This document shows, piece after piece, positions 34,359-45,508 of a DNA stretch of 64,000 nucleotides. The position numbers and the translations under genes were made by a program. Source of the DNA: Actinomycetota bacterium. Lineage in GTDB: Bacteria > Actinomycetota > UBA4738 > CALAEC01. Within the stretch, counting starts at the first letter, position 1. Each line of letters opens with the position of its first letter. The notes below the pieces were generated by a model. That model did not search any database. It was given only the letters and a program-made list of their open reading frames with translations, and was not told the DNA's origin. Location of the stretch: contig JBOGWB010000061.1 of the NCBI GenBank assembly GCA_050693035.1, positions 6,834 to 70,833 on the forward strand. Reading direction: 5' to 3'.

Positions 34359-35512
34359 GAGAGCGCTTCTCGGACCCGGTCCATCGCCTCGCCCAGACGG
34401 TCGTCCGGGACGGTCAGCGAGATCCGAGCGTAGCCCTCCCCCACCGACCCGTATCCGCTCCCGGGCGACACCACCACGCGGGCCCGCTCCACCAGCAGGT
34501 CGGCCAGCGCAGCCGAGGTCATCCCGTCTGGCGTGGAGAACCACACGTAGATGGAGCCCTTCGGAGGCTCGAGCGACCACCCGAGCTCGTTGAGGGTGCC
34601 AACCACGAGGTCGCGGCGGCGCCGGTATGTCTCCCGCAGCTCCTCGACGTGGTCCTGGGGACCGGTGAGCGCGGCGATGGCCGCCCGCTGAACCGCGTTC
34701 CAGATGCCGGAGTCCCAGTTCGTCTTCAGCGCGGACAGCGCCCCGATCGCCGAGGCGTTGCCCACCACCCAACCAACGCGCCAGCCCGTCATGTTGTGGG
34801 TCTTCGACACGGACCCGAACTCCAGGGCCACGTCCTTCGCGCCGGGAGCCTGGAGAGCGCTGGGAGCGACGTAGCCGTCGTAGGTCAGCTCGGTGTAGGC
34901 GGCGTCGTGAGCCAGGAGCAGCCCGTGCTTCCGGGCGAAGGCAACGGCTTCTTCGAAGAAGGGAAGATCCGCCACCCCGGCGGTGGGGTTGGACGGATAG
35001 TTCAGCCACAGCACCTTGGTCGCATCCGACACTGGGGCCCGCGAGAGGTCGGGTAGCCAGCCCCGGTCGGCATCGAGGGGCAGGGACACCGGCGTCCCCC
35101 CGGCGAGCAACGTGCCCACCCCGTAGATCGGGTACCCCGGGTCGGGGACCAGAGCCTCGTCTCCGGGATCCACGAACGCGAGGGCAAGGTGGGCGAGGCC
35201 CTCCTTGGAGCCGATGAGTGGCAGAACCTCGGTATCGGCGTCGATCTCGACCCCGAATCGCTTCAGATACCACTCCGCCACGGCCTGCCGGAATTCCGGC
35301 ATCCCCGTGTAGGACGGGTACCGGTGGGTGCTGGGATCCTCCACGGCCTCCTTGACCGCCTCGATGACGTGACGAGGCGTGGGATGGTCCGGATCGCCGA
35401 TGCCCAGAGAGATGACGTCGATGCCGGCGGCTCGCTTCTCCCGTATCTTCCGATCGAGCTCGGCGAAGACGTACGGAGGAAGGGACCGGATGCGCCGGGC
35501 GGCCTCGGTCAC
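34355..35512 (-). CDS. dapL: LL-diaminopimelate aminotransferase-type class I aminotransferase
   Basis: SLPPYVFAELDRKIREKRAAGIDVISLGIGDPDHPTP, NYPSNPTG-like NYPSNPTAG and SVSKTHNMTGWRVGW. It sits immediately downstream of dapF. The start is GTG at 35512. Confidence 0.75.
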   Translation of the reverse strand: MTEAARRIRSLPPYVFAELDRKIREKRAAGIDVISLGIGDPDHPTPRHVIEAVKEAVEDPSTHRYPSYTGMPEFRQAVAEWYLKRFGVEIDADTEVLPLIGSKEGLAHLALAFVDPGDEALVPDPGYPIYGVGTLLAGGTPVSLPLDADRGWLPDLSRAPVSDATKVLWLNYPSNPTAGVADLPFFEEAVAFARKHGLLLAHDAAYTELTYDGYVAPSALQAPGAKDVALEFGSVSKTHNMTGWRVGWVVGNASAIGALSALKTNWDSGIWNAVQRAAIAALTGPQDHVEELRETYRRRRDLVVGTLNELGWSLEPPKGSIYVWFSTPDGMTSAALADLLVERARVVVSPGSGYGSVGEGYARISLTVPDDRLGEAMDRVREALS

Positions 35513-35522
35513 GCGTCCCCCG

Positions 35523-36398
35523 TCATGACGCCCAGGGGTCGTCCACTCCCACCGCGGCGATCCATGCCGGTGTGAGCTCGCCTTCGAATACCAATGTGGC
35601 CGGGCCCTCCAGGTAGACGGGTCCTCCCTCGTCCCACTCGACCCGGAGCGTGCCCCCCGGGAAACGCACCTCGCCCTTCCGGTCCACCAGACCCGCCTGA
35701 GCCGAAGCAACCAATGACGCGCACGCTCCGGTGCCACAGGCCATGGTCTCCCCGACGCCCCGCTCCCACACCCGGACGTCCACGCCCCCGTCCCGTACCC
35801 GGACGAACTCGACGTTGGTTCGCTCGGGGAATTCGGGATGCGTCTCGAGTCTGGAACCGATACCGGCCACGTCGATGGCCGCGGGGTCGGTTTCCCCGAT
35901 CAGTACGAGATGCGGATTGCCCATGGATAGGGCGGTGGCCCGGAACTCCAGTCCTCCTTCCGACATCGGCTGTCTCTCGAACGTCTCGCTGGGCGGCCCG
36001 GTCATCGGGATCAGCTTGCGCTCGAACACCGGCGGGCCCATATCCACTCGAACCGAGGCGGCCATCTCGTCGGCCACTTCCATGAACACGTGCTTCTCTC
36101 CGGCTCGGGTATCCACGGCGAGCTCGGTTCGCCGGGTCAGTCCTCGGTCGTACACGTACTTCGCGAGGCAACGGATCCCGTTCCCACACATCTCGGCGAT
36201 CTCGCCGCTGGCGTTCCAATAGTCCATGAAGAAGTCCGCCGTCTCGGATGGAGCGATGCGGATCACGCCATCAGCGCCGATCCCATGGTGCCGGTCGCAC
36301 AGCGCCGCCACCAGGGTGGCGTCCAGGCTCAGTCGCCCTTCGAGATCCTGGACGATCACGAAGTCGTTGCCGGTGCCGTGGTACTTGGCAAACCTCAT
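35523..36398 (-). CDS. dapF: diaminopimelate epimerase
   Basis: MRFAKYHGTGNDFVIV, MCGNGIRC and ACGTGA are the catalytic Cys motifs. Confidence 0.92.
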   Translation of the reverse strand: MRFAKYHGTGNDFVIVQDLEGRLSLDATLVAALCDRHHGIGADGVIRIAPSETADFFMDYWNASGEIAEMCGNGIRCLAKYVYDRGLTRRTELAVDTRAGEKHVFMEVADEMAASVRVDMGPPVFERKLIPMTGPPSETFERQPMSEGGLEFRATALSMGNPHLVLIGETDPAAIDVAGIGSRLETHPEFPERTNVEFVRVRDGGVDVRVWERGVGETMACGTGACASLVASAQAGLVDRKGEVRFPGGTLRVEWDEGGPVYLEGPATLVFEGELTPAWIAAVGVDDPWAS

Positions 36399-37378
36399 CC
36401 GCCCTTCCTTCCGGCGGTCTCGTCCACCTCGCGCTGCTCCTTCCCCGCGTGGAGGAACCGCTCGATGTCATCGATCCGCCCTCTGGCCCCTTCGGTCCCC
36501 CCATCGAACCATCGGATCCGAGGGTCCCGCCGGAACCACGCCATCTGGCGGCGGGCCAGGGCCTTGGTTCGGCGCTCCGCGCGGCGCGCCGCCTCGTCCA
36601 GGGAGATCGCTCCCCGGAGGTGCTCCGCCACCTCAAGGTAGCCGATGGCCTGGGAGGACGTCAGGAACCGCCCCAGTCCCCCGTCCAGCAGGCTGCGGAC
36701 CTCCTCCACCAGCCCCTCCTCCTCGATCATCCTGCGCACCCTGGCCTTGATCCTCTCGCCGAGGATGGCGGGTGCCAGTCGAATGCCGGCGGCGCGAACC
36801 CGGCCGGGCGGGAGCCGCTCCCAGGTCTCCGAGAAGTGCGAGAAGGGCCGCCCGGTGAGGGCGGCGACCTCCAGGGCCCGGACGGTCCGGCGGACGTTCC
36901 CCGGCTCGATCTTCGCCGCGGCTGCGGGGTCGGCCTCGCGGAGCCGGGCGTGCATCCGGGCCGGGCCCAGGGCGGCGGCCTCCCGTTCCAATCCGGCGCG
37001 CGTGGCGGGATCGGTTCCCGGAAACACCAGGTCGTCCACGACGGCCCTGAAGTAGAGCCCCGACCCGCCGACGAGGAGAGCCAGGTGGCCACGCGATCGG
37101 ATCGCCTCGAGAGCGTCCCGGGACAGGACCTGGAACCTGGCCACCGAGAACGGCTCCGCCGGATCGGCCACGTCGATGAGGTGGTGGGGAACGGCCGCGC
37201 GCTGCTCGAGCGTGGGCTTCGCCGTACCCACGTCCATGCCTCGGTAGACCACCATGGAGTCCACGGCGACGATCTCGGCGCCGAGTCGCCCGGCGAGCTC
37301 GAGGGAGGCCTCGGTCTTTCCGCTCGCGGTCGGTCCCACCAGGGCAAGGAGCGGGCCCGGAGCGTCCCGCCGCATCAC
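36395..37378 (-). CDS. miaA: tRNA dimethylallyltransferase
   Basis: LVGPTASGKTEASLELAGRLGAEIVAVDSMVVYRGMDVGTAKPT, VPHHLIDV. It overlaps its neighbours by 4 nt. Confidence 0.92.
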   Translation of the reverse strand: MMRRDAPGPLLALVGPTASGKTEASLELAGRLGAEIVAVDSMVVYRGMDVGTAKPTLEQRAAVPHHLIDVADPAEPFSVARFQVLSRDALEAIRSRGHLALLVGGSGLYFRAVVDDLVFPGTDPATRAGLEREAAALGPARMHARLREADPAAAAKIEPGNVRRTVRALEVAALTGRPFSHFSETWERLPPGRVRAAGIRLAPAILGERIKARVRRMIEEEGLVEEVRSLLDGGLGRFLTSSQAIGYLEVAEHLRGAISLDEAARRAERRTKALARRQMAWFRRDPRIRWFDGGTEGARGRIDDIERFLHAGKEQREVDETAGRKGG

Positions 37379-38712
37379 GCCGACACCGGAGCCGCCACCG
37401 GCTCACCGAGCAGGTGGTGGGGACGTCCGCGGGTCACTCGAACGTCCACGAAGTCCCCGGGCCGGTAGGGCCCCTCGAAGTTCACCACCTTGTTCGAGCG
37501 GGTCCGGCCCTGGACGCCCCCCTTGCGCCCGGCTCCCTCCACCAGGACCTCGGCGACCGATCCCTCCAACGTGCGGCTGTGCTCGAGGGAGATGGCCTCC
37601 TGGAGCGCCACCAGCCGGTCGAACCGCTCCTGGACAACTTCCTTGGGAACGAAGTCCTCCTCCCATCTTGCGGCCACCGTTCCCGGACGCGGGGAGTACT
37701 GGAACGTGTAGGCGGCGTCAAAGCGCGCCTCACGGACCACTCGGAGCGTCTCCCGGAAGTCGTCCTCGGTCTCGCCCGGGAACCCCACGATGATGTCGGT
37801 GGTCACCGCGATCTCCGGGATGCCCGCCCGGATCCTGGCGAGCCACTCGAGGTAGCGGGCCTGCGTATACGACCGCCTCATCCGCCGGAGCACGCCGTCG
37901 GAGCCCGACTGGAGCGGGAAGTGGATGTGCTCGCACACCGCGTCGCCCTCCGCCATGGCCTCGATCACGTCGGGGGTGAAGTCGTGTGGGTGCGGGCTGG
38001 TGAACCGGATGCGACGGATCCCCTGCACCTCGTTCACCGCTCGGAGCAGGTTGGCGAACAGCGGGCGGCGACGGTGGCCCCGCGGCACCAGGTCCCGGCC
38101 GTAGGTGTTCACGTTCTGGCCGAGGAGCGTGACCTCGACGACTCCGTTCTCAACGAGCCCCTGGACCTCGGCGAGGATCTCCCCGAGGGGGCGAGACCGC
38201 TGGGCCCCGCGCACGAGCGGCACGATGCAGAAGGTGCACTTGTTGTCGCATCCCACCGACACCGAGACCCACGCGTGGTGACGCAGCTCCCGGCGCGCCG
38301 GGAGAGCGCTCGGGAAGACCTCGGTGTACTCCCGGACGTCCATCTGGGGGCCCTCTCGCTCAGCCCGGTCCAGGAGGTCGAGGACGTACGGTAGCGCGTA
38401 CGTCCCCACGACCACGTCCACCCAGGGGGCCCGGAGCTGGATCTGCCCGCGATCCTTCTGGGCGAGGCATCCCGACACGACGATGCGCAGCCGGGGGTTC
38501 CGCTGCTTGATCGCTCGGAGCTGGCCGAGGTTCCCGTACAGGCGGTTGTCGGCGTTCTCCCGGACCGCGCAGGTGTTCAGCACCACCACCTCGGCCTCAC
38601 CCACCCGCTCGGTGGGCGCGTAGCCGTCCGACTCCAGCAGCCCGGCGATGCGCTCGGAGTCGTGCTCGTTCATCTGGCACCCGAAGGTGCGGATCAGGTA
38701 CCTGCGGTCCAC
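37375..38712 (-). CDS. miaB: tRNA (N6-isopentenyladenosine-37-C2)-methylthiotransferase
   Basis: TFGCQMNEHDSE and the radical-SAM motif GCDNKCTFCIVP, with a C-terminal TRAM domain. Confidence 0.92.
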   Translation of the reverse strand: MDRRYLIRTFGCQMNEHDSERIAGLLESDGYAPTERVGEAEVVVLNTCAVRENADNRLYGNLGQLRAIKQRNPRLRIVVSGCLAQKDRGQIQLRAPWVDVVVGTYALPYVLDLLDRAEREGPQMDVREYTEVFPSALPARRELRHHAWVSVSVGCDNKCTFCIVPLVRGAQRSRPLGEILAEVQGLVENGVVEVTLLGQNVNTYGRDLVPRGHRRRPLFANLLRAVNEVQGIRRIRFTSPHPHDFTPDVIEAMAEGDAVCEHIHFPLQSGSDGVLRRMRRSYTQARYLEWLARIRAGIPEIAVTTDIIVGFPGETEDDFRETLRVVREARFDAAYTFQYSPRPGTVAARWEEDFVPKEVVQERFDRLVALQEAISLEHSRTLEGSVAEVLVEGAGRKGGVQGRTRSNKVVNFEGPYRPGDFVDVRVTRGRPHHLLGEPVAAPVSA

Positions 38713-38722
38713 GGCCTCCAGA

Positions 38723-40255
38723 TTACTTCGCGTACTCGATCGACCGCGTCTCCCGGATCACGGTGATCTTGATCTGTCCCGGGTACTGGAGCTCTTCCTC
38801 GACCTTCTTGGCGATGTCCCGGGCCAGGACCTGGGCGGTCAGGTCGTCCACCTCCTCGGGCTTCACCATCACCCGGACCTCCCTCCCCGCCTGCATGGCG
38901 AAGGTCTTGGCCACACCGGGGTAGGACTCGCAGATCTGTTCCAGGCGCTCGAGTCGCTTCACGTACTGCTCGATGCTTTCCCGCCTGGCCCCCGGACGTC
39001 CCCCCGAGATCTGGTCGGCCGTCTGCGCCAGCACCGCGATGACGGTCCGCTGCTCCACCTCGCCGTGGTGGGACTCGATGGCGTGGACCACCTCGGGTGG
39101 CTCCTTGAGCCGGCGGGCCAGCTCCGCCCCGATCAGCGCGTGGGACCCCTCCACCTCGTGGGTCAAGGCCTTGCCGATGTCATGGAGCAACGCCGCCCGC
39201 TTGACGAGCGCGGGGTCGATCCCCAGCTCGCCGGCCAGGGCCGCGCCGATGTGAGCCGACTCGATCAGGTGGAGGAGGACGTTCTGCCCGTACGAGGTCC
39301 GGTACTGGAGCCTTCCCAGGACTCGGACCATCTCCGGGTGGATGTCCGTGATCCCGGTCTCCTGGATGGCCCGCTCCCCGGCCCGCTTGATCTCCTCCTC
39401 CACCTCGGCCAGGGATCGCTGGTGCATCTCCTCGATCCGGGCGGGGTGGATCCGCCCGTCCGCCACGAGCTTCTCGAGCGTCTGGCGGGCCACCTCTCGG
39501 CGGACGGGGTCGAAGCAGGACAGCACGACCGCCTCGGGGGTGTCGTCGATGATCAGGTTCACCCCGGTGAGGGCCTCGAACGCTCGGATGTTCCGGCCCT
39601 CCCGGCCGATGATCCGGCCCTTCATGTCGTCCGAGGGAAGGGCGAACACCGCCACCGAGGAATCCGCCGTCTGCTCGGAGGCGACCCGCTGGATGGCGAT
39701 GGTGACGATCTTGCGGGCGCGCTCCTCGCCTTCCTCTCGGGCCCGTTCCTCGATCTCCCGGACACTGGCCAGGGCCTCCCGCTTGGCCTCGTCGACCAGC
39801 TGGGCCATGAGGGCATCCTTGGCCTCCTGAGCCGTCATCCTGGCCACCTGCTCCATCTGGCGACGATGCTCCTCCGCCAGACGGCCCATCTCCTCCTGCT
39901 TCCGTTCGAGTTGCTGCTTCGTCTCGAGGAGGCTTCGCTCGGACTTCTGGAGCTGGGCGCTCTTCGCGTCGATCTCCTCCTCCCGCCGGGTCAAGCGAGC
40001 GTCCCGGCGTCGGGATTCCTCGCGGCGGGAGCGCACGTCCTCCTCGGCCTCTCGCCGCATCCCTGCGATCTCTTCCTTGACCTCAACGAGGGCCCTCCGG
40101 ATGGTGTCCTCCGCCTCCTGCTCGGCATCGGCCACCAGCCGCCGGGCCCGGCTCTCGGCGTCGGAAACGGTGCGAGAGACCAGATGACGGCGAACCAGGT
40201 AACCGATGGCCGCGCCGGCGACGAGGGCCGCCAGGGCCGCTAGCCAGAGTTCCAT
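38723..40255 (-). CDS. rny: ribonuclease Y
   Basis: N-terminal TM segment, coiled coil, KH domain (GRIIGREGRNIRAFE) and HD domain (LLHDIGKA...HH). ATG at 40255 is preceded by AGGAGGAGAG. Confidence 0.92.
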   Translation of the reverse strand: MELWLAALAALVAGAAIGYLVRRHLVSRTVSDAESRARRLVADAEQEAEDTIRRALVEVKEEIAGMRREAEEDVRSRREESRRRDARLTRREEEIDAKSAQLQKSERSLLETKQQLERKQEEMGRLAEEHRRQMEQVARMTAQEAKDALMAQLVDEAKREALASVREIEERAREEGEERARKIVTIAIQRVASEQTADSSVAVFALPSDDMKGRIIGREGRNIRAFEALTGVNLIIDDTPEAVVLSCFDPVRREVARQTLEKLVADGRIHPARIEEMHQRSLAEVEEEIKRAGERAIQETGITDIHPEMVRVLGRLQYRTSYGQNVLLHLIESAHIGAALAGELGIDPALVKRAALLHDIGKALTHEVEGSHALIGAELARRLKEPPEVVHAIESHHGEVEQRTVIAVLAQTADQISGGRPGARRESIEQYVKRLERLEQICESYPGVAKTFAMQAGREVRVMVKPEEVDDLTAQVLARDIAKKVEEELQYPGQIKITVIRETRSIEYAK

Positions 40256-40610
40256 CTCTCCTCCTAAAAGCACGAACGGCCGAGCCGAAGCCCGGCCGGT
40301 CCCTGTCGGAGAGCGGCTACGGCGAGGCAGGAAGGTGGGCGCTCTTGTCTGCCGGGCCCTCGATCAGGGTCCCGCTCGCCACCTCACCTGGTTCGATCGG
40401 ACTGGGGTCACGTTTGTCGTTGGTCTGGTCGTCCGGTCGTTCGTCGTTGGCTCTTCTCCGATAACGGGTCGTGTACGGGCTATCTCTTGTTCACAATGTA
40501 CGGCGCGGAGGGTGCGAACGCAATACAGGCGGGCCCTCGGCCACGACCGGAACGGGGTGGTTCGTCATGATTCGTACCACCGAGCGGACGGCCCACGGGC
40601 GAGCCCACCC

Positions 40611-41273
40611 CTAGACCCCCTTCACCTCGTTTCCTCGTCCCGCAGCCCTCGCCCGGTGTCGTCCGCCTCGCTCGGGCTTGCCGGGGCCCGGCACAGGCGG
40701 GCCCTCGCCCAGGGTGAGGAACTTCCGGAGGAGCGGCGCGAGCATCGTCCCCAGGGCGGCCAGGACCGCCGTGGCGCCCAGCGCACGGCCGGCTGTCTCG
40801 GGCGGGTCGATCTCCGTGATGATCACTCCGATCAGCGCGCCGGCGATGGCCAGGACGAGAGCGACCGTCAACCAGACCACCAGGTTCACCGAGCGGTACC
40901 GGCCCCGGGCCAGCAACACGAGCGAGGTGTAGGCCAGCGCCACGGCCACCACGCCGAGCGACAACGGCGGCTTGAGATCCGTGAACCCCTCCACCGGGAT
41001 CACCTCCCAGATGAGGAGCTCCCCGTAGGCGAGTCCCGCCACCGAGACCAGGACCCCGAGCCAGCCGAGCCACGAGAGGCCCCGCTCGAACCGAAGGGAC
41101 GAGCACAGCCCGGTGAGGCTGAAAAACCCCAGGAGGAGCACGGCGAGGAGGACCCGGGCCTCCAGCTCGCCGGTCCTGCCGACAACGAAGATGGTCGCCC
41201 CCACGATCGCCGCGGCGACGAGCGAGGCGATCACGACGATCAGGAGGAAGCGCTTCAGCCGCGGGTGAGCCAC
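40611..41273 (-). CDS. hypothetical polytopic membrane protein
   Basis: Six hydrophobic segments (for example FLLIVVIASLVAAAIVGATIF and WLGWLGVLVSVAGLAYG). No family recognised. Confidence 0.6.
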   Translation of the reverse strand: MAHPRLKRFLLIVVIASLVAAAIVGATIFVVGRTGELEARVLLAVLLLGFFSLTGLCSSLRFERGLSWLGWLGVLVSVAGLAYGELLIWEVIPVEGFTDLKPPLSLGVVAVALAYTSLVLLARGRYRSVNLVVWLTVALVLAIAGALIGVIITEIDPPETAGRALGATAVLAALGTMLAPLLRKFLTLGEGPPVPGPGKPERGGRHRARAAGRGNEVKGV

Positions 41274-41317
41274 GCCGGGATGCTAACGCGACCAAAGGCT
41301 TCGATCGGGGAAGGGGG

Positions 41318-41827
41318 TCAGCCTTCGTCGAGCTCCATCACCCGGCGGCAGGCGGTCCTGGCGGTCTCGCCCGAGTAGCCGCGGCGCTGGAGGAAGCTCA
41401 ACAGGCGGCGATACGCCGCCTCGGGCGGGAGCCCCCTGAGCCGTCCGAGGCGCGAACGGGCGAGCTCCTCCGCCCGGGCCTCCTCGCCTTCACCCGAGGC
41501 TTCTTCCACGGCGCGCTCGGCCACGTCGCGCGAGACCCCCGCTTTGCGCAGCGACGCCAGCGCCGCCCGGCGTCCCGCCAGGCGACGATCCACCTCGTGC
41601 GCGGCGAGCTCCCGGGCGAACCGCTCGTCGTCGATCAACCCGACGGCCTCGAGGTCAGCCAGGCCGTCCTCGATGTCCTGCTCGTCGAAGCCGGCCATGC
41701 GCAGGCGACGGAACAGCTCCGCGTGGCTCCGGGACCGCACCGAAAGGAGCCGGAGCGCGCGGTCCTTGGCCCGGGCGGGGGTGGACTCGATCTCCTTGCC
41801 TCTCGCCGGCCGTCCTCCGAAGCTCAC
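41318..41827 (-). CDS. recX: recombination regulator RecX
   Basis: Directly downstream of recA. AKDRALRLLSVRSRSHAELFRRLRMAGFDEQDIEDGLADLEAVGLIDDERFA is the typical RecX repeat. Confidence 0.88.
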   Translation of the reverse strand: MSFGGRPARGKEIESTPARAKDRALRLLSVRSRSHAELFRRLRMAGFDEQDIEDGLADLEAVGLIDDERFARELAAHEVDRRLAGRRAALASLRKAGVSRDVAERAVEEASGEGEEARAEELARSRLGRLRGLPPEAAYRRLLSFLQRRGYSGETARTACRRVMELDEG

Positions 41828-41838
41828 CGCGGGATCCG

Positions 41839-42927
<1,089 letters not shown>

Positions 42928-43023
42928 GACATGAACCTCCTCGGTCGATCTCGCCGCGAGGCTAGCGGGTAGGTACGACATGAATTACACCTCTGTCGTT
43001 CTCAGATAACAAGGGGAGGCTAC

Positions 43024-43039
43024 TCGAACAGATGTTCGA
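43024..43039. promoter_or_regulatory. LexA box upstream of recA
   Basis: TCGAACAGATGTTCGA is a perfect GAAC-N4-GTTC with palindromic flanks, about 100 nt upstream of the recA start. Confidence 0.8.
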
Positions 43040-43053
43040 GGTCAAGCACCCAC

Positions 43054-43647
43054 TCACCCACCGAGCGGGAACGCCTCCAGCACCTCGTACCGGGCGCCGC
43101 GAGGCGACAGGTAGCTCTGATACAGCAGGAGCGTCGAGACTCGGAACGGGCGGGCTTCCACCGCGAACTCCTCCAGCTCCGCGGCGACGTCGGAGAGGTC
43201 GGCGGGGGGGTCGAACCGCGCTACGGTGAGGTGCGGGGTGAACCCCCGTTTCTCCGGAGGGAAGTCCTCGGCCAGCGCCGCGTCGAGGGCCTTGGACAGC
43301 GCCGACAGGCTGCCCTCCGGGTCCTCGAGCCCCACCCACAGCACCCGGGCCCGGGTGGCGCGAGGGAACACGCCCAGCGCGTCGAGCGACAGCGTGAACG
43401 GACGGATCCCGGCGGCCGCCTCCCGGCACGCCTCGTGCACCGAGTCCACGAGGCGTGGCCACGTCCGTCCCAGGAACTTCAGGGTCAGGTGCCAGTTCTC
43501 CGGCCGGACCCACCGCCCTCGCGGAAAGCGTTCCCGCCACGGCCCCAGCGCACCGTCCGCGGAACGAACGACATCCGGCGCCGGATCGACCGCCACGAAC
43601 AGCCGAAGGGGCTTCGCCTCGGGCCGGGCGGCGCGGTTCCGGGCCAT
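43054..43647 (-). CDS. thpR: RNA 2',3'-cyclic phosphodiesterase (2H family, LigT/ThpR)
   Basis: Two HxTx motifs are present: WHLTLKFLG and PHLTVARF. The protein is 197 aa from the ATG at 43647. Confidence 0.85.
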   Translation of the reverse strand: MARNRAARPEAKPLRLFVAVDPAPDVVRSADGALGPWRERFPRGRWVRPENWHLTLKFLGRTWPRLVDSVHEACREAAAGIRPFTLSLDALGVFPRATRARVLWVGLEDPEGSLSALSKALDAALAEDFPPEKRGFTPHLTVARFDPPADLSDVAAELEEFAVEARPFRVSTLLLYQSYLSPRGARYEVLEAFPLGG

Positions 43648-44933
43648 CAGCCCTCGTCGGCGGGCTGGACCTGCCGCTGTCTGACCCGCTCCCCCGCCTG
43701 TCGCAGCAGGGACTTCCGGACCAGATCGAGGGCCTGGACCTGGGCCCACCGTCGAACCTGGACCCGGTCCCCGGGGGCCCGGAAGTGTCGGGCCTCCTCG
43801 CCCTCTCCCGACACCGCCGCCACCCACAGCTCTCCCGGCACGTGGCCCTCCAGAGGTTCCGGACCGGCGACGCCGGTGGTCGAGACGCCGACGTCCGCCC
43901 CGAACAGCTCCCGGACCCCCCGAGCCATCTCCAGCGCACACGCCTCACTCACCATCCCGACATCCGTGAGCGTCTCTTCCGAGACCCCCAGGACCCTCCT
44001 CTTCGCATCGAGGGAGTAGGCGACCACTCCCCCCGCCAGGTACGCGGAGGCGCCGGGGGCGTCGGCCAGCCGGGAGGCGAGGCCGCCTCCCGTGAGGGAC
44101 TCGGCGAAGGCGATGGTCAGTTGCGACCGGACCAAGAGCTTCCCGACAGCGGCCTCCAGGGTCTCGTCGTCCACCCCGACGACGTGGTCGCCCAGGCGGT
44201 CGCGGACCTCTCGCTCCACCGGCTCGATAAGGGTCAGCGCCGCCGCCCGGCCTCCGGCCTTGGCGGTGATCCGTACCCGGACCTCCCCCTCCGAGGCCAG
44301 GTAGGCCAGGGTCGGGTTCGAGGATTCCCGGAACAGATCGTCGAGCAGCTCGCCTACGCTGGCCTCGGCGATGCCCACCACCCGAACGATCCGCGAGACG
44401 ATGGCCCCCTCGCCGGCGACGGCGGAGAGCTCGGGGACGATCGTCCCCTCCAGCATCTCCCGCATCTCGGCGGGCACCCCTGCCACGGCGTACAGACGCT
44501 TCCCGTCGTCGAGCTCGAGGACCAGTCCGGGCGCGGTGCCCCGGTCGGGAAGGACGTACCGGGCCCCTTCGGGCACGTCGCACTGGACGAGGTTCGATTC
44601 GGGCATCTCTCGCCCCATCCGCCGGAACTTCTCTCGCAGGAAGTCTTCGATCTCGGGATGACGGCGGAGCGGCCGCCCCAGCGCCTCGGCGATGCCGTCC
44701 CTGGTGACGTCGTCGCCGGTCGGGCCCAGACCGCCGGTGAGGATGACCACATCGGCGCGCGGCACCGCCAATCGGATGGCCTCGGTGATCCGCCCGACGT
44801 TGTCCCCCACGGCTTGGTGGTGAAGGACGTCGGTCCCGATGTCGGCCAGGCGAGCGGAAATCTCGGCCGCATTCGAGTTGACGATCTGCCCGAGGAGGAT
44901 CTCCGTGCCGATCCCCACGACTTCCGCTCTCAT
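43647..44933 (-). CDS. cinA: competence/damage-inducible protein CinA (MoCF-binding domain plus PncC-like domain)
   Basis: MRAEVVGIGTEILLGQIVNSNAAEIS...ILTGGLGPTGDDVTR and the C-terminal AFAESLTGGGLA. The ATG at 44933 overlaps the pgsA stop. Confidence 0.9.
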   Translation of the reverse strand: MRAEVVGIGTEILLGQIVNSNAAEISARLADIGTDVLHHQAVGDNVGRITEAIRLAVPRADVVILTGGLGPTGDDVTRDGIAEALGRPLRRHPEIEDFLREKFRRMGREMPESNLVQCDVPEGARYVLPDRGTAPGLVLELDDGKRLYAVAGVPAEMREMLEGTIVPELSAVAGEGAIVSRIVRVVGIAEASVGELLDDLFRESSNPTLAYLASEGEVRVRITAKAGGRAAALTLIEPVEREVRDRLGDHVVGVDDETLEAAVGKLLVRSQLTIAFAESLTGGGLASRLADAPGASAYLAGGVVAYSLDAKRRVLGVSEETLTDVGMVSEACALEMARGVRELFGADVGVSTTGVAGPEPLEGHVPGELWVAAVSGEGEEARHFRAPGDRVQVRRWAQVQALDLVRKSLLRQAGERVRQRQVQPADEG

Positions 44934-45508
44934 CCGGGACGGGCCGCCTTGAGCGCGTAATCGAGCCCCGACCACAGCGTGAGCGCTACAGCGACCACCA
45001 GGGTCAAGAAGAGGAGTGGGCCCGCCCCCGGCCCGAGCGGGAGGAGATGCAGGAGAACCGTGACCATCTGCGCGGCCGTCTTCGCCTTCCCCCATCCGGA
45101 CGCCGGCATGGGGCGCCCGCGGCTCCCCAGCCATGCGCGAAGGAGCGACACCCCGAGCTCGCGGGCAACGATGATCACCGCCGCCCACAGAGGAAACCGA
45201 CCGAGCGCGGTGAGCGTCACGACCGGCGCGGCAATCAGGATCTTGTCCGCCAGCGGGTCGAGCCACTGCCCCGTGGCCGTGGTGGCTGCGTACCGGCGAG
45301 CGAGATAGCCGTCCAGCCCGTCGGTGCCCGCGGCGATGACGAAGAGTGCGGCGGCGATCACCTCACCGGCGGGACGGTTCCACAGGATGAGCAGCGCCAG
45401 CACCGGGGCGAGCAGGATGCGGGCGACGCTGATGACGTTGGGCCAACCCAGTCCCAGCGGTGCTAGGGCTCCTCGCCGGCCTTCTTCCGGTAGCTGGTCG
45501 GCTCGAAC
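44930..45508 (-). CDS. pgsA: CDP-diacylglycerol--glycerol-3-phosphate 3-phosphatidyltransferase; start uncertain
   Basis: NVISVARILLAPV...DGLDGYLARRY...GQWLDPLADKIL is the CDP-alcohol phosphatidyltransferase motif. The ORF is open to 45589, and the GTG at 45508 is one candidate start. Confidence 0.85.
   Translation of the reverse strand, partial: VRADQLPEEGRRGALAPLGLGWPNVISVARILLAPVLALLILWNRPAGEVIAAALFVIAAGTDGLDGYLARRYAATTATGQWLDPLADKILIAAPVVTLTALGRFPLWAAVIIVARELGVSLLRAWLGSRGRPMPASGWGKAKTAAQMVTVLLHLLPLGPGAGPLLFLTLVVAVALTLWSGLDYALKAARPG

Noticed and set aside
33027-35273. Very long N-terminal extensions in the ORF track (HflX 748 aa; also NrdR 428 aa, CinA 539 aa, ThpR 295 aa, TPR 434 aa, the beta-protein ORF from 20563)
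   Set aside because: The extensions overlap upstream genes and are low-complexity. Internal starts give canonical protein lengths, often with ATGA/GTGA coupling or a Shine-Dalgarno sequence.
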